A DNA stretch of 64,000 bases, taken from the human T2T-CHM13v2.0 reference genome, Homo sapiens. Location of the stretch: NCBI RefSeq assembly GCF_009914755.1, contig NC_060926.1. The stretch is one strand, 5' to 3'. Shown piece by piece: positions 47,638 through 62,874 of the stretch. A program made the translations under genes and the position numbers. A model generated the notes under the pieces. It searched no databases, was not told the DNA's origin, and saw only the letters and a program-made list of their open reading frames with translations. Each line of letters starts with the position of its first letter. Positions within the stretch are counted from its first letter, which is position 1.

Positions 47638-49195
47638 TGAATAATTTGTGAAATTCCTTTTTTTCCAAAGAATGTAAAAGGGTTCTGTGATTGTAGATTC
47701 ATCACAAAGAACTCAAATAAGCTTTGTACCCTAAATAATAAACAGCATGCTGCGAAGAACTAAAGGGAGAAATAATGTTGCCAGGAGCACTGGGGCATTT
47801 CCTTTTACTTCTGAAAAGCACTATCATGTCTCTAATGTCCTGGCAAAGTCTCATTCATAAGATAACTGGGATGTTTTTCATTCATAAGCTAGAAAGCAGA
47901 TAGTTTCAGACTGTTGAAGTATGTTAACCTTAATTCTGAATTTCTAAATTATCTCTTAGCCTTGATAGCATTGTATATCATCCATAAACATTAATCTTAG
48001 CCTGATTTGTTTGAAGGAAGGAAAAATATATTTTGATTTTTGATGAGTTTTTTCTATGAAGGATTGAAAACAGAGTGTTACTATAAAATGAATATAGAAA
48101 CTATCAGATTTCCTAATTGCTGTACTAAAATCACTTATTAGCCATTAAATTTAATTGCAACTCTTATTTATTTTTAGTCACATGTATTTTTACCAGCTTA
48201 GAGAAGCTTAAAAATGTTCTTAGAATTCTATTCTATATTGCTATTAGTAATATAATTAATATTAGCATTTCTGTCAATAACAGTTGTTGAGAGAGTCAAC
48301 TCAGATCTCCCACATCTCTTCCTAGTTAGCTAGAATGGTACCAATTCTGTTTTCTTAATTTGGATTTTAGTCTTAGAGATTTGAAGTTACAATTAAATGT
48401 GGATTGAAATTTAATATTTCTTTATAACAATTTTGGTATTCTGTGTATGGGGTTAAATTATTTGGGGATGACTAGTACAAATTAGAAGGATTTTTTTGTC
48501 AAATTTCAAAATTTTTTAAAAATTTTATCATACTTTTAGTCTGAATCCAAACACTGAATGTTTGCTCCATGTGTAGCAAATAAAACTCTTCTTCCTTAGC
48601 AAAGAAGAGGCACAGTCAGATTCCAGGGAGCTGGTGCCATTGTGTTGGTGCCATCATCCTGGCTATCTCCAGCTAGCTCATGGAACAAGAGGCTTTAGAC
48701 AGACTCATACTGCACCTTCAGTATGAACCGTTTCTAGGAACACTGAGTCAAATACAGGTTTCAGCTGATAGAGATACATGCTGCACAAGTGATTCTTGTC
48801 CTTTACAACTGAACCATAATCTGCTTATGAGGGCTTTTGAAGTGTTTTCTTTTTAAATGGGTTTTGGCCATGTGTTTTCAAACAGCTTGACTTCTTAAAG
48901 ACATTAAAACAACAAAAAAGGATTCTTTATTCAAGAGAAGACCTTTCAAAATAATGTGTCTAGTCTTCTGAGAATTTTTTATACAAAGACTTATTTTCCC
49001 AAACCATTTTCAAGGATCGACTATAATGTCATTCATAATATATCACTGAAGAAGAAGAAAGTTGGGGAAATTCTTACCTGTTTTCATCTTTGTTTTTAAA
49101 AATGTAGCCAGCTTGAGAGAAGAATTACTGTTTTACATGTTTATAGAAATCTTGATGAAACTTTTAACACTGTCCTTTATTTTAAATGACTTTAG

Positions 49196-49540
<345 letters not shown>

Positions 49541-50014
49541 TAAATACATTGAAAATACCTTGTTTCTTGAAGCATGCATTGCTGGAAATTAGAAATTCTT
49601 TGGGGAGAAGTTTGGAGTTATAGGTGGACTTTGGGGTTTTATTGATATTGAAATAAGATTTATTTTTCTGTATTCATTAATTTGGGCCAGGTAGTAGAAA
49701 CCAAAAGTAGTATCTTTTGAGAACCATCTGTGACTTTATGCAATGTGCATCTTGACTCTTAAGCCTTGATGCAAAGCCACAGTAATGGAATCCAATAGGA
49801 TGAGCTGCAGCTCTCTCATCTTTGCTGCTCTGATTGGCTGAACACAAAGCCCAGGATGGATTTCCTCTTTTTTAACCCTGGCTAGGGGTTAAAAAAGTGA
49901 CCTTAGTCACTTTCCTTTGCTATGCCTCATGATTTCTCTCCTCTCTGGATATCCCATGGCCTCTAGCAATTGGATCTGGTGGGAGGTAGATTTAATCATT
50001 TACAGCAGCCAATT

Positions 50015-50193
50015 AAACTATCTGCACAAATGGAAATGTTCTGTACCTGCACTAATATGGTAGCTTCTAGCCACATATGGCTATTGAACACTCTAAGTGT
50101 TGCTACTACAACTGCGTAACTGAATTTTTAATTTTAATTAATTTTAATATACACAGTCACATGTGGCCAGTAGCTACCCTACTGGATAGTGTA
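50015..50193. mobile_element. MER3-like hAT-Charlie element
   Basis: atggaaatgttctgta...tagccacatatggctattga...cacatgtggccagtagctacc. Confidence 0.72.
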
Positions 50194-50301
50194 GATTTAT
50201 AAACAGGCACAGCCATTTGCCACAGTGAGTGGTTTGTGCCCTAACATGACAGTGTCAGACTCCTATGATATTATAATGGCAGTTATCAAAAATATTTGTT
50301 A

Positions 50302-50641
<340 letters not shown>

Positions 50642-51178
50642 ATTGGGCTGCCTCTGAAGTAAAGCATCACAAGGCTCTTTTGCCACCAGTGCAGCACTAA
50701 AGTGGTAAATAGTAGCACAGCTTTTGATGAAGGAGTTAAGGTATCAAGAAAGATTACCTTATGTTCCAAAGAAAAATACTTACAAGAAACGAGCCCCCTT
50801 ATGAACCATGCTTCAAACACTGTTTCTTACTAGGAATTTTGCAAGAATACAGTAAAAAAAAAATTTTAAGGAATTCCTCTCCAGCAAAATCCATGAGATG
50901 GTGCATAGGAGTTATATTTACAAAGCATCATTGTTATTCTCTCTTGCATTGGTGGTGATAATAGCCAAGTCATTTCTGAGGCTGTCACAACACACTTCAC
51001 AAACACCGTCTTTTGTTTTGAAATGTTGTAAATCATTGTTATAGTCCCCGTAATTATGGAAAGGCCATTCAGGTCAATTATTACTTTTTAACAGAAAAAT
51101 TATTTGAAAACAAACTGAATAATAGTGGGTAAAATGATCTTTTATTTCATTGTATATAAAACATTGTCTTTCTTTTAA

Positions 51179-51295
<117 letters not shown>

Positions 51296-51795
51296 TTCCT
51301 GAAAAGGGGAGTGTAACTAGTGGATTTGGGAAAGGTTCTTAAGTAGATCCTGAGACTATTTGCATGCTTCTGTCTAAATGATAATTAAAAGGAAATTTCA
51401 TGGATTAAACCATGGGTTTAATGCAGCAAGGAAACTTACAATGTCCCTTTATATATAACATGCATCTTGTTTTGGATTTGTGTCATTTTTTAATATAGCT
51501 GATTGACTTCACAGAAAGCAGCTTTTTTGAATTCTAATACATAGGTGTATATTTGGTATTAGTTATTTTGAGTTCTTTTCAACTTATAACACTGTATACA
51601 GTTATTTCTAAAGCACAGATGAAATAAGTTCTGCATATTTTTAAATAATCACAGTTCCCTGTTATACAGATAATGTTCTCACTACCCATAATATGTAGGA
51701 ACATTGTTTCTCCTTAGCCGTAGTATGCATACACCTATCCATGTTCATTCTGACATCCTTTGTTGTCTTTATAATTCATGTGGTAGTTACCTATA

Positions 51796-51801
51796 AATAA
51801 A
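51796..51801 (+). terminator. Proximal polyadenylation signal AATAAA
   Basis: First canonical hexamer ~500 nt after the stop, followed by a U-rich tract. Confidence 0.7.
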
Positions 51802-53543
51802 AACAAATATGCGTTAACTTTTCAAATTTTCATTTTTACTCCTTACAACTTGAATTTTTCCATCTTTTATAAAATATATTTTTTCCATATCTTTCTTTAA
51901 GCTCCTGCTGTGAGCAGCCATCTCAAATCCTATAGAGCTGTGTACCCTAAATATACCATGTGGTATATACTATAGATCTCCCAGTGCATTATGAATTGAT
52001 GTCTAGATAATCTGTTGGTGAAAAAATTTCCCCTAGGTTAACTTTTGCTTTACTACTTTATATTCTTTCCATCTAAGACATATTTCCTTTAAAGGATAAA
52101 TAGAAAGCTGCCTATAATTTTCACTGATTAAGAACTATGTATGTGACCTCACTGAGAGTAAAATCTTTGAGAGAAATTGATTTCATGATTTCAGTAGCCA
52201 TAAAGGCAAAGTGCTCAAATGGACCCATACTTTGGCATTAAAATCTACATCTTGAGATCTGTTGCCACAGCATTGTCTACAAGTCCGAAAGGTAGGTGAC
52301 AAATATCTAAGAATCAGTATTGAAATCAGTGAATTTCAGGAATAGAGGAAAGGACTATGATCAGATCTTGATTTTATCTACTTTAAATTGTCTATTTATT
52401 TGATCCCAACCTTTTGTACTTCTGAAGTGTAACTGTCTTTTATTCAACAGAACATGAACTAGGAAGAGAGATTAGAAAACAGAATGTGAACATTTTTCTT
52501 TTAATAATTGTAACAAAGATTTGTTGGGAGAGAAATTTCCAAATAATGAGTAGTGTATAGTGTAAGGAATAATTGACCTGGAATTATTGGCCCCAAACTC
52601 TGATTCTTGCTGAAGCATCTATGAGAAGTGTGATTTTAGCCAAGTCTGTGCCGCATTCTTTATATGTAGGAATTAAGTTTTGATTTAATGATTTCTGAAT
52701 TTTCTTTCAGCTCTACTCAATTAAGGGGTATCAGTATGTGAAATGGAATATAGAAAAGTAGGCAATTCTTTACTTTTCTATATTCAGTTTCATAAATTAA
52801 TACCCCATAATTGCCCATTATATACCAAAGACAATATCTCAAGTTATCTCATTGTAGCAGTGTCTGTGAGTCAAAACTTCAATTTTAGTAGAGTCACACT
52901 TTCTTTATATAGAAAAATTCATGTACTCACTACTCATGTAGTTACTGTATCTTTACCTTCAGTTTGTAAAAATGACTAAAAGTAGGGAAAACAAGTGTTA
53001 AAACATAATGGATAAGAAAAGGTTGGAAATCATATGGCAAATCACATGTTCCTCAGCCTCAAGGTGTGTTTAGTTGTGAAAGAAAGAATAAAATTGTTTA
53101 AATGTTTCACTTTTTGGGAATGACTTCTCCCCTACTCCCCCAGAAAATGCGATGTATACCTTTGCCCATTCAACTTTAGTCCATATTTTTAGGAACACAC
53201 AAATTTACTTTAAGGAATTACCTTTAAAGTTGACTATATAATAGCAAAAGAGAAAGTATTGAGACTGTCAGTGTTGATAAAGCTTCTAGCAAGATTAGGT
53301 TGACTAGAAGTGCATCACAGTTCTTTATACTTTTAGAACTAAAAGCCTTATAATTTTGAAAAATATCCAGTTACAGAAATTGTACCTTATCAGTTATACT
53401 TTTTTTCTGAGTAAGAAAACAAGCTATAGCTTTCTGGTTAATTTCTTATTTTTCGTTGTTTGGTTTTTGTCTTTTTGAGTGGAACGTTAAAGTTTATTAC
53501 CTTCATGTTAAGGAATATCCAGCTTCACAGACAATTAACTTGC

Positions 53544-53549
53544 AATAAA
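53544..53549 (+). terminator. Candidate distal polyadenylation signal AATAAA
   Basis: Canonical hexamer followed by a T/GT-rich tract (ttttttggtattattt). Confidence 0.5.
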
Positions 53550-54340
53550 TCTCTGAAATAATCATTTTTTGGTATTATTTAAACCAAATATGCATTGGTA
53601 GAAGCTTTCTTCCTGTTTACAGATCCAGCTCCCTATAAAGTTTAGAAAATCTCTTTGTATAAAATGTTGTTACAATAATGCTGAAATACTGCATCTCAAA
53701 GGAATGGATGACTTAAAATTTAGTGGGAGGAACTATAGGAAAGTCGTTTTAGGAATGATTGGTCCTAGTCTTTCAGTGTTGTTAAAATGTTTTAGTCTGT
53801 TCTGTACTAGTGTGGATAGACTAATATCCACCCCTTGAACCATACAGAAAGACTTGAATGGATGAGTGAAAATCTGCTGTGAAGCATATCATACTATCTT
53901 TGCTTTATATTGAGTAGTGCATTACTTTTAAGTCAGAAAGCCAGTAGGTTTTTTTGTTTGTTTGTTTTTCCCTAAAGCGCTGCCATAAATTTCAGTGGTC
54001 ACCTGCCACTCACTGGGCGGTGTATTTTTAAATGTCTTTTCCACAACCCCAGTATTTCAACATTGACATTCTAATAGTTTTCTAAATGAGAAAGCTGTAT
54101 AATTAAATGTATGCTAAAGAGAATGGAGCTCCAAATGCAGCTCCAGATGCTGCTTATCATCTAGGATGCTGGTGTCATGTCTTAGTCTTCAGGATAAGCC
54201 AAGGTTAAAAAGCCAACAGCTTTACTTCTTGATGACTTAGTAATGGGGTTCCCATTGAGTTTTGTTTTTAATCCAAGCTACACAGCAACAAGAAAGGAGA
54301 TCTTGCTTTCCTTAGGCTACCATCTTGCTGATTGCTAGCC

Positions 54341-54717
54341 CAGCAGTCCCCAACCTTTTTGGCACCAGCCATCATCTGTTTGTTTCATGGCAGACAATTT
54401 TTCCACGGACCAGGGAGGTTGGGGAGATGGTTTCAGGATCAAACTGTTCCACCTCAGATCATCATCAGACATTATTAGATTCTCATAAGGAAGGAGCACA
54501 CACAACCTAGATCCCTCACATGTGCAGTTCACATTATTAGGGTTTGCGCTCCTCTGAGAATCTAATACCGTCACTTGCTGATCTGACAGGACGGGGAGCT
54601 CAGGTGGTATTGCTCATTCGCCTGCCCGCCCGCCTGCCTGCCGCTCACCTTCTGTTATACAGCCTGCCATGGACCACTACTGGTTCTGGTTTGCGGCCCA
54701 GGGGTTGGGGCCCCCTG
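54341..54717 (+). mobile_element. MER1B-like hAT-Charlie element
   Basis: TIRs cagcagtccccaacc / ggttggggccccctg; 8-bp TSD tgctagcc / tgctaggc. Confidence 0.88.
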
Positions 54718-55756
54718 TGCTAGGCAACTTAGAGACCTTACAGGTTTGAGGAAAAGTCACTCCCAACTAGGAACTTATCATTTACTAATTAAAAATTATT
54801 GATGCTGTGAAATTATTTACTTAGAGATCTGGCTTACAAATCTAGGGGTTCCTAATGCTGTCAGAGAATTAGAAATTGCCCCAAAGGCAGTATTAAGAGA
54901 ACAGCCATTTTCAGTATTTCTTTTGAAGGGGAAGATTACAATTAGGAACCTTCTTTTAACCAGTTTTTTCAAAAGTTTTACAGCCCCCAAATGGTAGTAA
55001 TTTGCTTGTATTGTATTATATTTTGTAAATCCTTTTTCATAAATAGGAAACATGTTATGGAGTCCATCTTAGAGAAAAATCCTACACTGATAACCAGAAT
55101 ACCAACTATAAAACTTGGAATCCATCACACTGGAATGCTTTTCACAATAGGCCAGTTCTCTCATTCCTTTTGTTGGACTTTAGGTATTTAGATTGTCTTT
55201 CTGCCTGCCATGTTCACAATTCCCAAACTTCTAAAAGTTCAAATGGATAGCAGGAATTTAAGTTTTCAGTATGTAGCTTTTAGCCACTGATAGTTTCCAC
55301 ATAGCCAATCAGCAGTCTTTTACAAACTTTTATAAAATTATGGTATTTTGTGTTGTTAGTTTCATAGCAGGAATCCCAGTTTTGGCTTCTTAATATTCCA
55401 TTACCAGTTCCCAGTCAGAGGATGGAACAGCTTGCACTCAGGTAAGCTTTCTGAAAGGTCTGTTTCACTTTGTGAGGTCGCTTATTCAGGTCTCTGGTAA
55501 TGTATTATCTTGCCTCTCTTATAATGTACTTGATTTGGTCAGAAAGCTGTGGGGCGGTGATTGTATGGATGTAGAACACACCTGCGTTGGGCCGAACATG
55601 CAGAGATCTGACACTGTGACTCCTGAAATCAGGTATACCAGTGGTAAGACTTTGATAGCAAGTAATTTTATCTTTTGTGAATTTTTTTACTAGATTTTTT
55701 TTTTTCCTGAACAAGGTAATGGAAATGCATTGAAACAAAATTTCTTATATTTAAGA

Positions 55757-55960
55757 GTGGCTTGGTATATGAGGGAAACAACACTGGGTACAAAAGACCC
55801 AAGTTCTATTCCTGATTTCCCCCATTTCTAGTAGTGTAACCTAGGACAAGGTTAAGTATTATCATCTTTTAAATGAGGAAAATATTTGCTTTCTGTGACA
55901 ATTATGTGAGAAAATGTATATGTGAAGACCTTTGTAAATTATATTACAAAGTACTATACA
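55757..55960 (+). mobile_element. MIR remnant
   Basis: agacccaagttctattcctg...tgtaacctaggacaag...catcttttaaatgagga. Confidence 0.55.
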
Positions 55961-58667
55961 AATAAGGGATTTTATTTTTCATTTTCTTGTTAAGAATACA
56001 AGAAGGGAGAGAGACCATCTGTGTACGCCTCTGTGCAATGTAATGAGCTCAGGATAAAGGGGGTTGGTGTTCAAGAAATTATTATTTTTTAATTCTAGGA
56101 AATCACATAACTTAAACCCTCAGCAGAATCCTCAAGTGTTCAGGAGTAGCAGTGAACTGAGAAAAATACCAATTGCTTTTCATCAGTGATACTTTTTCTA
56201 GGAACGTTTTATTACATTCTATGATAAAGTTACAGATTATGTTTAGTAGAAAAAAAAATGACCCACTCTGAATTTCCATCCTAGACTCAGCTGTTCCTCT
56301 TCTGTTATATACAGAACATCGACTGTGGTATCTGGAGCCTTTGAAAAGTGCAAGTGGAACTCCTTTTTTGAATCAATGAGAGAACAAACTTGGTTCAAGA
56401 CTATACAGTTACATAGTGGCAGAACCGGAATCAGTCACTTCTATACAAATCTAGGAACAACAGCTATTCAGCTGTTATGCTCTTTACATAGTACTTCTCC
56501 CTTCCCTAGGGTTAGTCCTCTCGGAAATAATGTGTGCTCATGTGAGAAGATGATCACTAAAAGGAAGACCTTTGTTCCTTAAGGAACTGTGTATTGGCTG
56601 TCAGGCTTACAGGACACCTTGAGATCAGTCCTGCAGAAATAGCTCTTATCTGCTTCATATCTGGCTTGGCAGAGCCCTGCTCTCTTACTATATCCAAAAT
56701 ATGATTTCCAGAAATAAGTCAAAACCTGATATAATAAATACCCACTGAGGAAGAAACTTGGTAAAATGACTAGGCCCTTATTAATGGGCCTCATTTCTAA
56801 TAATGTTTGATATAGTCATGATTTGTCAGTACACTAAGGGTTCTTAAGATGGATTTGAAGGAAACTTCATTTTCTAGAGGTAAAAGAAATGATGAGCCTT
56901 ACTCTTCCTCAAACTCAGGAGTAACTTAAGTAGTATTTGTATCAAGAAAAAATTTTTATTTTGTGCTAAAAGTCCAATAAGGAATAATACAGTGTAATAC
57001 AAAAAAGACTGCCCCTGAGTTGCCTGCTCCTCATCTTACACAAATTCTTCACCTCTCTAGACCTTCCCCCTCTTTGCTGTAAAATGAGTGCTGCAGTATC
57101 AGTGTTACCAGGGAATAACTGGAATAATACATTCATGTAGATCACATGCCCCAAAATGCTAAATGAATGTCAAGAAGATGTGCTTTAATTGGAATTGTAT
57201 CAACTGAGAGGAAATAATCGACTCCAAATGTTAATATTTAGTTGGTAGATTAGCCCTTTCAAACATGGTAGTCCTGAAATTTATATTTCCAGTTCTAAGA
57301 GCCTTGAATGTTAAGAGTCAACTTGTGTTGATACTCAGTTAACCATGTCTTTGGGCAAATGTTTTCACCTCTCTAAGCCTATTCCTTCATCTACCACTTC
57401 TCAGAGAAGTTTGAGAATTAAACCCAGAATATATGTGAAAATGCATGCTAATCTATGAAGCACCATACAGGTATGAAGCATTGGTATTATGGAAGGTGAT
57501 AAGTAAATAACCTTCAACAGGTTCAGTATCTGATCTTCAGTAGCTCCTGTAAGCTTTTCAGGCTCTATCTCCTGGCTGTTAGAGGTTAAAAACAGGCTCC
57601 TAGAAATTCAGATATCTCTGCTGACACAGCTGCTTTACCACACAAAGCCTTCCTGACCGGTTAGGATTCACTTATAATCTTTATCTTAGCTTTTTTATTC
57701 TGCTTCTGAAAGAGAGCGCTAAATCAGTATAAGTTTCAAAAAAAAAAAATAGAGATGGGAGTGATATGAGAACCTACTCAAAGGTCTTTCACCATTACTT
57801 TATACTTAGTGGAAATGTACAGCTGTTTCTAAAGTTACCATTTCCTCTGCCTTACAAAGAACTGGCCTGTGTACATTCTGACCATGTAGTAGTAATAACT
57901 GCTACTATTTACTGAGCATTTACTAAATGATATATATATACACACACAGATGTGGGAAATATTGCTAATTTACAAAAGAGGAAACTGGTTTGTAGCCAAT
58001 TTGCATGATGTAAATGTTCCCACCATGGCCAATTGCAAACAACAAATGTAGTATCAATGAAAATGGAATTGGGAAGATACACACATAATGGGCTGTCATT
58101 GGGCTGGTACAAGCCAGGTCCAGCATATCCCTGGGACTAGGGACATTAAGTGAGTCATAGTTTAGGAACTAAACACAGAAAGTCTTGATTTTAGACTTGT
58201 GTACTTAACCAAGTTGCTGCACTACTTTTATGATAGTTTTCAGCTCAAATAAGCCTACATATAATACTACATATTTAAAAGACCACAGAGCAACTCTTTG
58301 TGAGAGAGAGGAACTAGGATTACTCTTCTGGCTTCTAGAAAGTGATTCTACAACTTAAAAAAAAAAAAACTTTTAAGTTCTGGGGTACATGTGCAGAACA
58401 TGCAGGTTTGTTACATAGGTATACACGTGCCATGGTGGTTTGTGGTATCCATCAACCCATCATCTAGGTATTTCTCCTAATGCTATCCCTCCCCTAACCC
58501 CCCACCCCCGACAGGCCCCAGTGTGTGATGTGTCCATGTGTTCTCACTGTTCAGTTCCCACTTAGGAGTGAGAACATGCAGTGTTTGGTTTTCTGTTCTT
58601 GTGTTAGTTTGCTGAGAATGATGGTTTCCAACTTCACCCATGTCCCTGCAAAGGACATGAACTCATC

Positions 58668-58971
58668 TTTTTACTTATTTATTTATTTAGAGATGGAGTC
58701 TTGCTCTGTTGCCCAGGCTGGAGTGCAGTGGCACAATCTTGGCTCACTGCAAGCTCCGCCTTCTGGGTTCACACCATTCTCCTGCCTCAGCCTCCTGAGT
58801 AGCTGGGACTACAGGCACCTGCCACCACGCCCAGCTAATTTTTTTGTATTTTTTAGTAGAGACGGGGTTTCACCATGGTAGCCAGGATGGTCTCGATCTC
58901 CTGACCTTGTGATCTGCCTGCCTCAGCTTCCCAAAGTGCTGGGATTACAGGCGTGAGCCACCACACCTGGC
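58668..58971 (-). mobile_element. AluY inserted in the L1 3' region
   Basis: TSD tgaactcatc(c)ttttt. Confidence 0.92.
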
Positions 58972-60532
58972 TGAACTCATCCTTTTTTATGGCTGCATAG
59001 TATTCCATGGTGTATATGTACCACATTTTCTTTATGCAGTCTATCACTGATGGGCATTTGGGTTGGTTCCAAGTCTTTGCTATTGTGAATAGTGCCACAA
59101 TAAACATACACATGCGTGTGTCTTTATAGTAGAATGATTTATAATCCTTTGGGTATATACTCAGTAATGGGATTGCTGGGTCAAATGGTATTTTTAGTTC
59201 TAGATTCTTGAGGAATCGCCACACTGTCTTCCACAATGGTTGAACTAATTTACACTCCCACCAACAAACAGTGTAAAAGCATTCCTATTTCTTCACATCC
59301 TCTCCAGCATCTGTTGTTTACTGACTTTTTAATGATCGCCATTCTAATTGGCGTGAGATGGTATCTCATTGTGGTTTTGATTTGTATTTCTCTAATGACC
59401 AGTGATGAGCTTTTTTTCACATGTTTGCTGGCTGCATCAGTGTCTTCTTTTGAGAAGTGTCTGTTCATAACATTTGCCCACTTTTTGATGAGGTTTGTTT
59501 TTTTGTTTAAGTTCTTCGTAGATTCTGGATATTAGCCCCTTGTCAGATGGATAGATTGCAAAAATTTTCTCCCATTCTGTAGGTTGCCTGTTCACTTGCA
59601 TGACAGTTTCTTTTGCTTTGCAGAAGCTCTGTAGTTTAATTAGATCCCATTTGTCAATTTTGGCTTTTGTTGCCATTGCTTTTGGTGTTTCAGTCATGAA
59701 GTCTTTGCTCATGCCTCTGTCTAGAATAGTATTGCCTAGGTTTTCTTCTACGGTTTTTATGGTTTTAGGTCTTATGTTTAAGTCTTTCATCCATCTTGAG
59801 TTAATTTTTGTATAAGGTGTAAGGAAGGGGTCCAGTTTCAGTTTTCTGCATATGGTTAGCCAGTTTTCCCAGCACCATTTATGAAACAGGGAATCCTTTC
59901 CCTGTTGCTTGTTTCTGTCAGGTTTGTCAAAGATCAGATGATTGTAGATGTGTGGTGTTATTTCTGAAGGCTCTGATCTGTTCATTGATATATATATATA
60001 TATATCTTTTTTGGTACCAGTACCATGCCATGTGGTTACTGCAGCCTTGTAGTATAGTTTGAAGTCAGATAGTGTGATGCCGCCAACTTTGTTCTTTTTG
60101 CTTAGGATTGTCTTGGCTATGCAGGCTCTTTTTTGGTTCCATATAAAATTTAAAGTCGTTTTTTCTAATTCTGTGAAGAAAGTCAATGGTAGCTTGATGG
60201 AGATAGCATTGAATCTATAAATTACTTTGGGCAGTATGGCCATTTTCATGATACTGATTCTTCCTATCCATGAGCATGGAATGTTTTTCCATTTGTTTGT
60301 GTCTTTTCTTATTTCCTTGAGCAGTGATTTGTAGTTCTCCTTGAAGAGGTCATTCACATCTCTTGTAAGTTGTATTCCTAGGTATTTAATTATCTTTGTA
60401 GCAGTTGTGAATGGGAGTTCACTCATGATTTGGCTCTCTGTTATTGGTGTATACAAATGGTTGTGATTTTTGCACATTGATTTTGTATCCTGAGACTTCG
60501 CTGGAGTTGCTTATCAGCTTAAGGAGATTTTA

Positions 60533-60850
<318 letters not shown>

Positions 60851-62574
60851 TCAAAGGCCTTTTCTGCATCTATTGAGATAATCATGTGGTTTTTGTTTTG
60901 GTTCTGTTTATGTGATGGATTATGTTTATTGATTTGCTTATGCTGAACCAGCCTTGCATCCCAGGGATGAAGCCAACTTGATTGTGGTGGATAAGCTTTT
61001 TGATGTGCTGCTGGATTCAGTTTGCCAGTATTTTATTGAGGATTTTCACATCGATGTTCATCAGGGATATTGGCCTGAAATTTTCTTTTTTTGTTGTTGT
61101 GTGTCTGCCAGGTTTTGGTATCAGGATGATGCTGGCCTCATAAAATGAGTTAAGGAGGATTCCCTCTTTTTCTATTATTTGGAATAGTTTCAGAAGGAAT
61201 GGTATCAGCTCCTCTTTGTACCTCTGGTAGAATTCGGCTGTGAATCTGTCTGATCCTGGACGTTTTTTGGTCGGTAGACTATTACTGCCTTCATTTCAGA
61301 ACTTGTTATTGGTCTATTCAGGGATTCACCTTCTTCCTGGTTTAGACTTGGGAGGGTGTATGTGTCCAGGAATTCAGCCATTTCTTCTAGATTTTCTAGT
61401 TTATTTGCATAGAGGTATTTATAGTATTCTCTGATGGTAGTTTGTATTTCTGTGGGATCAGTGGCAATATCCCCTTTGTCATTTCTCATTGCGTCTATTT
61501 GATTCGTCTCTCTTTTCTTTATTAGTCTAGCTAGCAGTCTATGTATTTTGTTGATCTTTTCCAAAAAAATAGCTCCTGGATTCCTTGATTTTTTTGAAGG
61601 GCTTTTTGTGTCTCTATCTCCTTCAGTTCTGCTCTGATCTTAGTTATTTCTTGTCTTCTGCTAGCTTTTGAATTTGTTTGCTCTTGTTTCTCTGGTTCTT
61701 TTAATTGTGATGTTAGAGTGTCGATTTTAGATCTTTCCTGCTTTCTCTTGTGGGCATTTAGTGCTATAAATTTTCCTCTACACACGGCTTTCAATGTGTC
61801 CCAGAGATTTTGGTACGTTGTGTCTTTGTTCTCATTGGTTTCAAAGACCTTATTTCTGCCTTCATTTCGTTACCCAGTAGTCATTCAGGAGCAGGTTGTT
61901 CAGTTTCCATGTAGTTATGCAGTTTTGAGTGAGTTTCTTAATCCTGATTTCTAATTTGATTGCATGGTGGTCTGAGAGACTGTTTGTTATGATTTCCATT
62001 CTTGTGCATTTGCTGAGGAGTGTTTTACTTCCAATTATGTGGTCAGTTTTAGAATAAGTGTGATGTGCTGAGAAGAATGTGTATTCTGTTAATTTGGGGT
62101 GGAGAGTTCAGTAGATGTTATTAGGTCCGTTTGGTCCAGAGCTGAGTTCAAGTACTGAATATCCTTGTTAATTTTTTGTCTCGTTGATCTAATATTGACA
62201 GTGGGGTGTTAAAGTCTCCCACTATTATTATGTGGGAGTCTAAGTCACTTTGTAAGTCTCTAAGAACTTCCTTTATGAATCTGGGTGCTCCTGTATTGGG
62301 TGCATATATATTTAGGATAGTTAGCTCTTCTTGTTGCATTGATTCCTTTACCATTATGTAATACCCATCTTTGTCTCTTTTGATCTTTGTTGGTTTAAAG
62401 TCTGTTTTATCAGAGACTAGGATTGCAACTCCTGCTTTTTTTTGCTTTCCATTTGCTTGGTAAATATTTCTCCATCCCTTTATTTTGAGCCTGTGTCTTT
62501 GTACTTGAGATGGGTCTCCTGAATACAGCACACTGATGGGTCTTGACTCTTTATCCAATTTGCCAGTCTGTGTC

Positions 62575-62874
<300 letters not shown>

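Larger units (their letters stand above)
51296..53570 (+). other. DYNC1I2: 3'UTR (short form ending ~51820; long form possibly to ~53570)
   Basis: Repeat-free AU-rich sequence after the stop; AATAAA at 51796, 53087 and 53544. Confidence 0.65.

Noticed and set aside
55380-55700. Donor-like sites (CAG|gtaagc at ~55441, CAG|gtatac at ~55632) and 73-77 aa ORFs downstream of the gene
   Set aside because: No matching acceptor/ORF structure or homology; cannot support an exon from sequence alone
59437-60477. 346-aa ORF, the longest in the window
   Set aside because: Fragment of L1 ORF2; the element is frameshifted and Alu-interrupted, so it is neither a host gene nor an active L1
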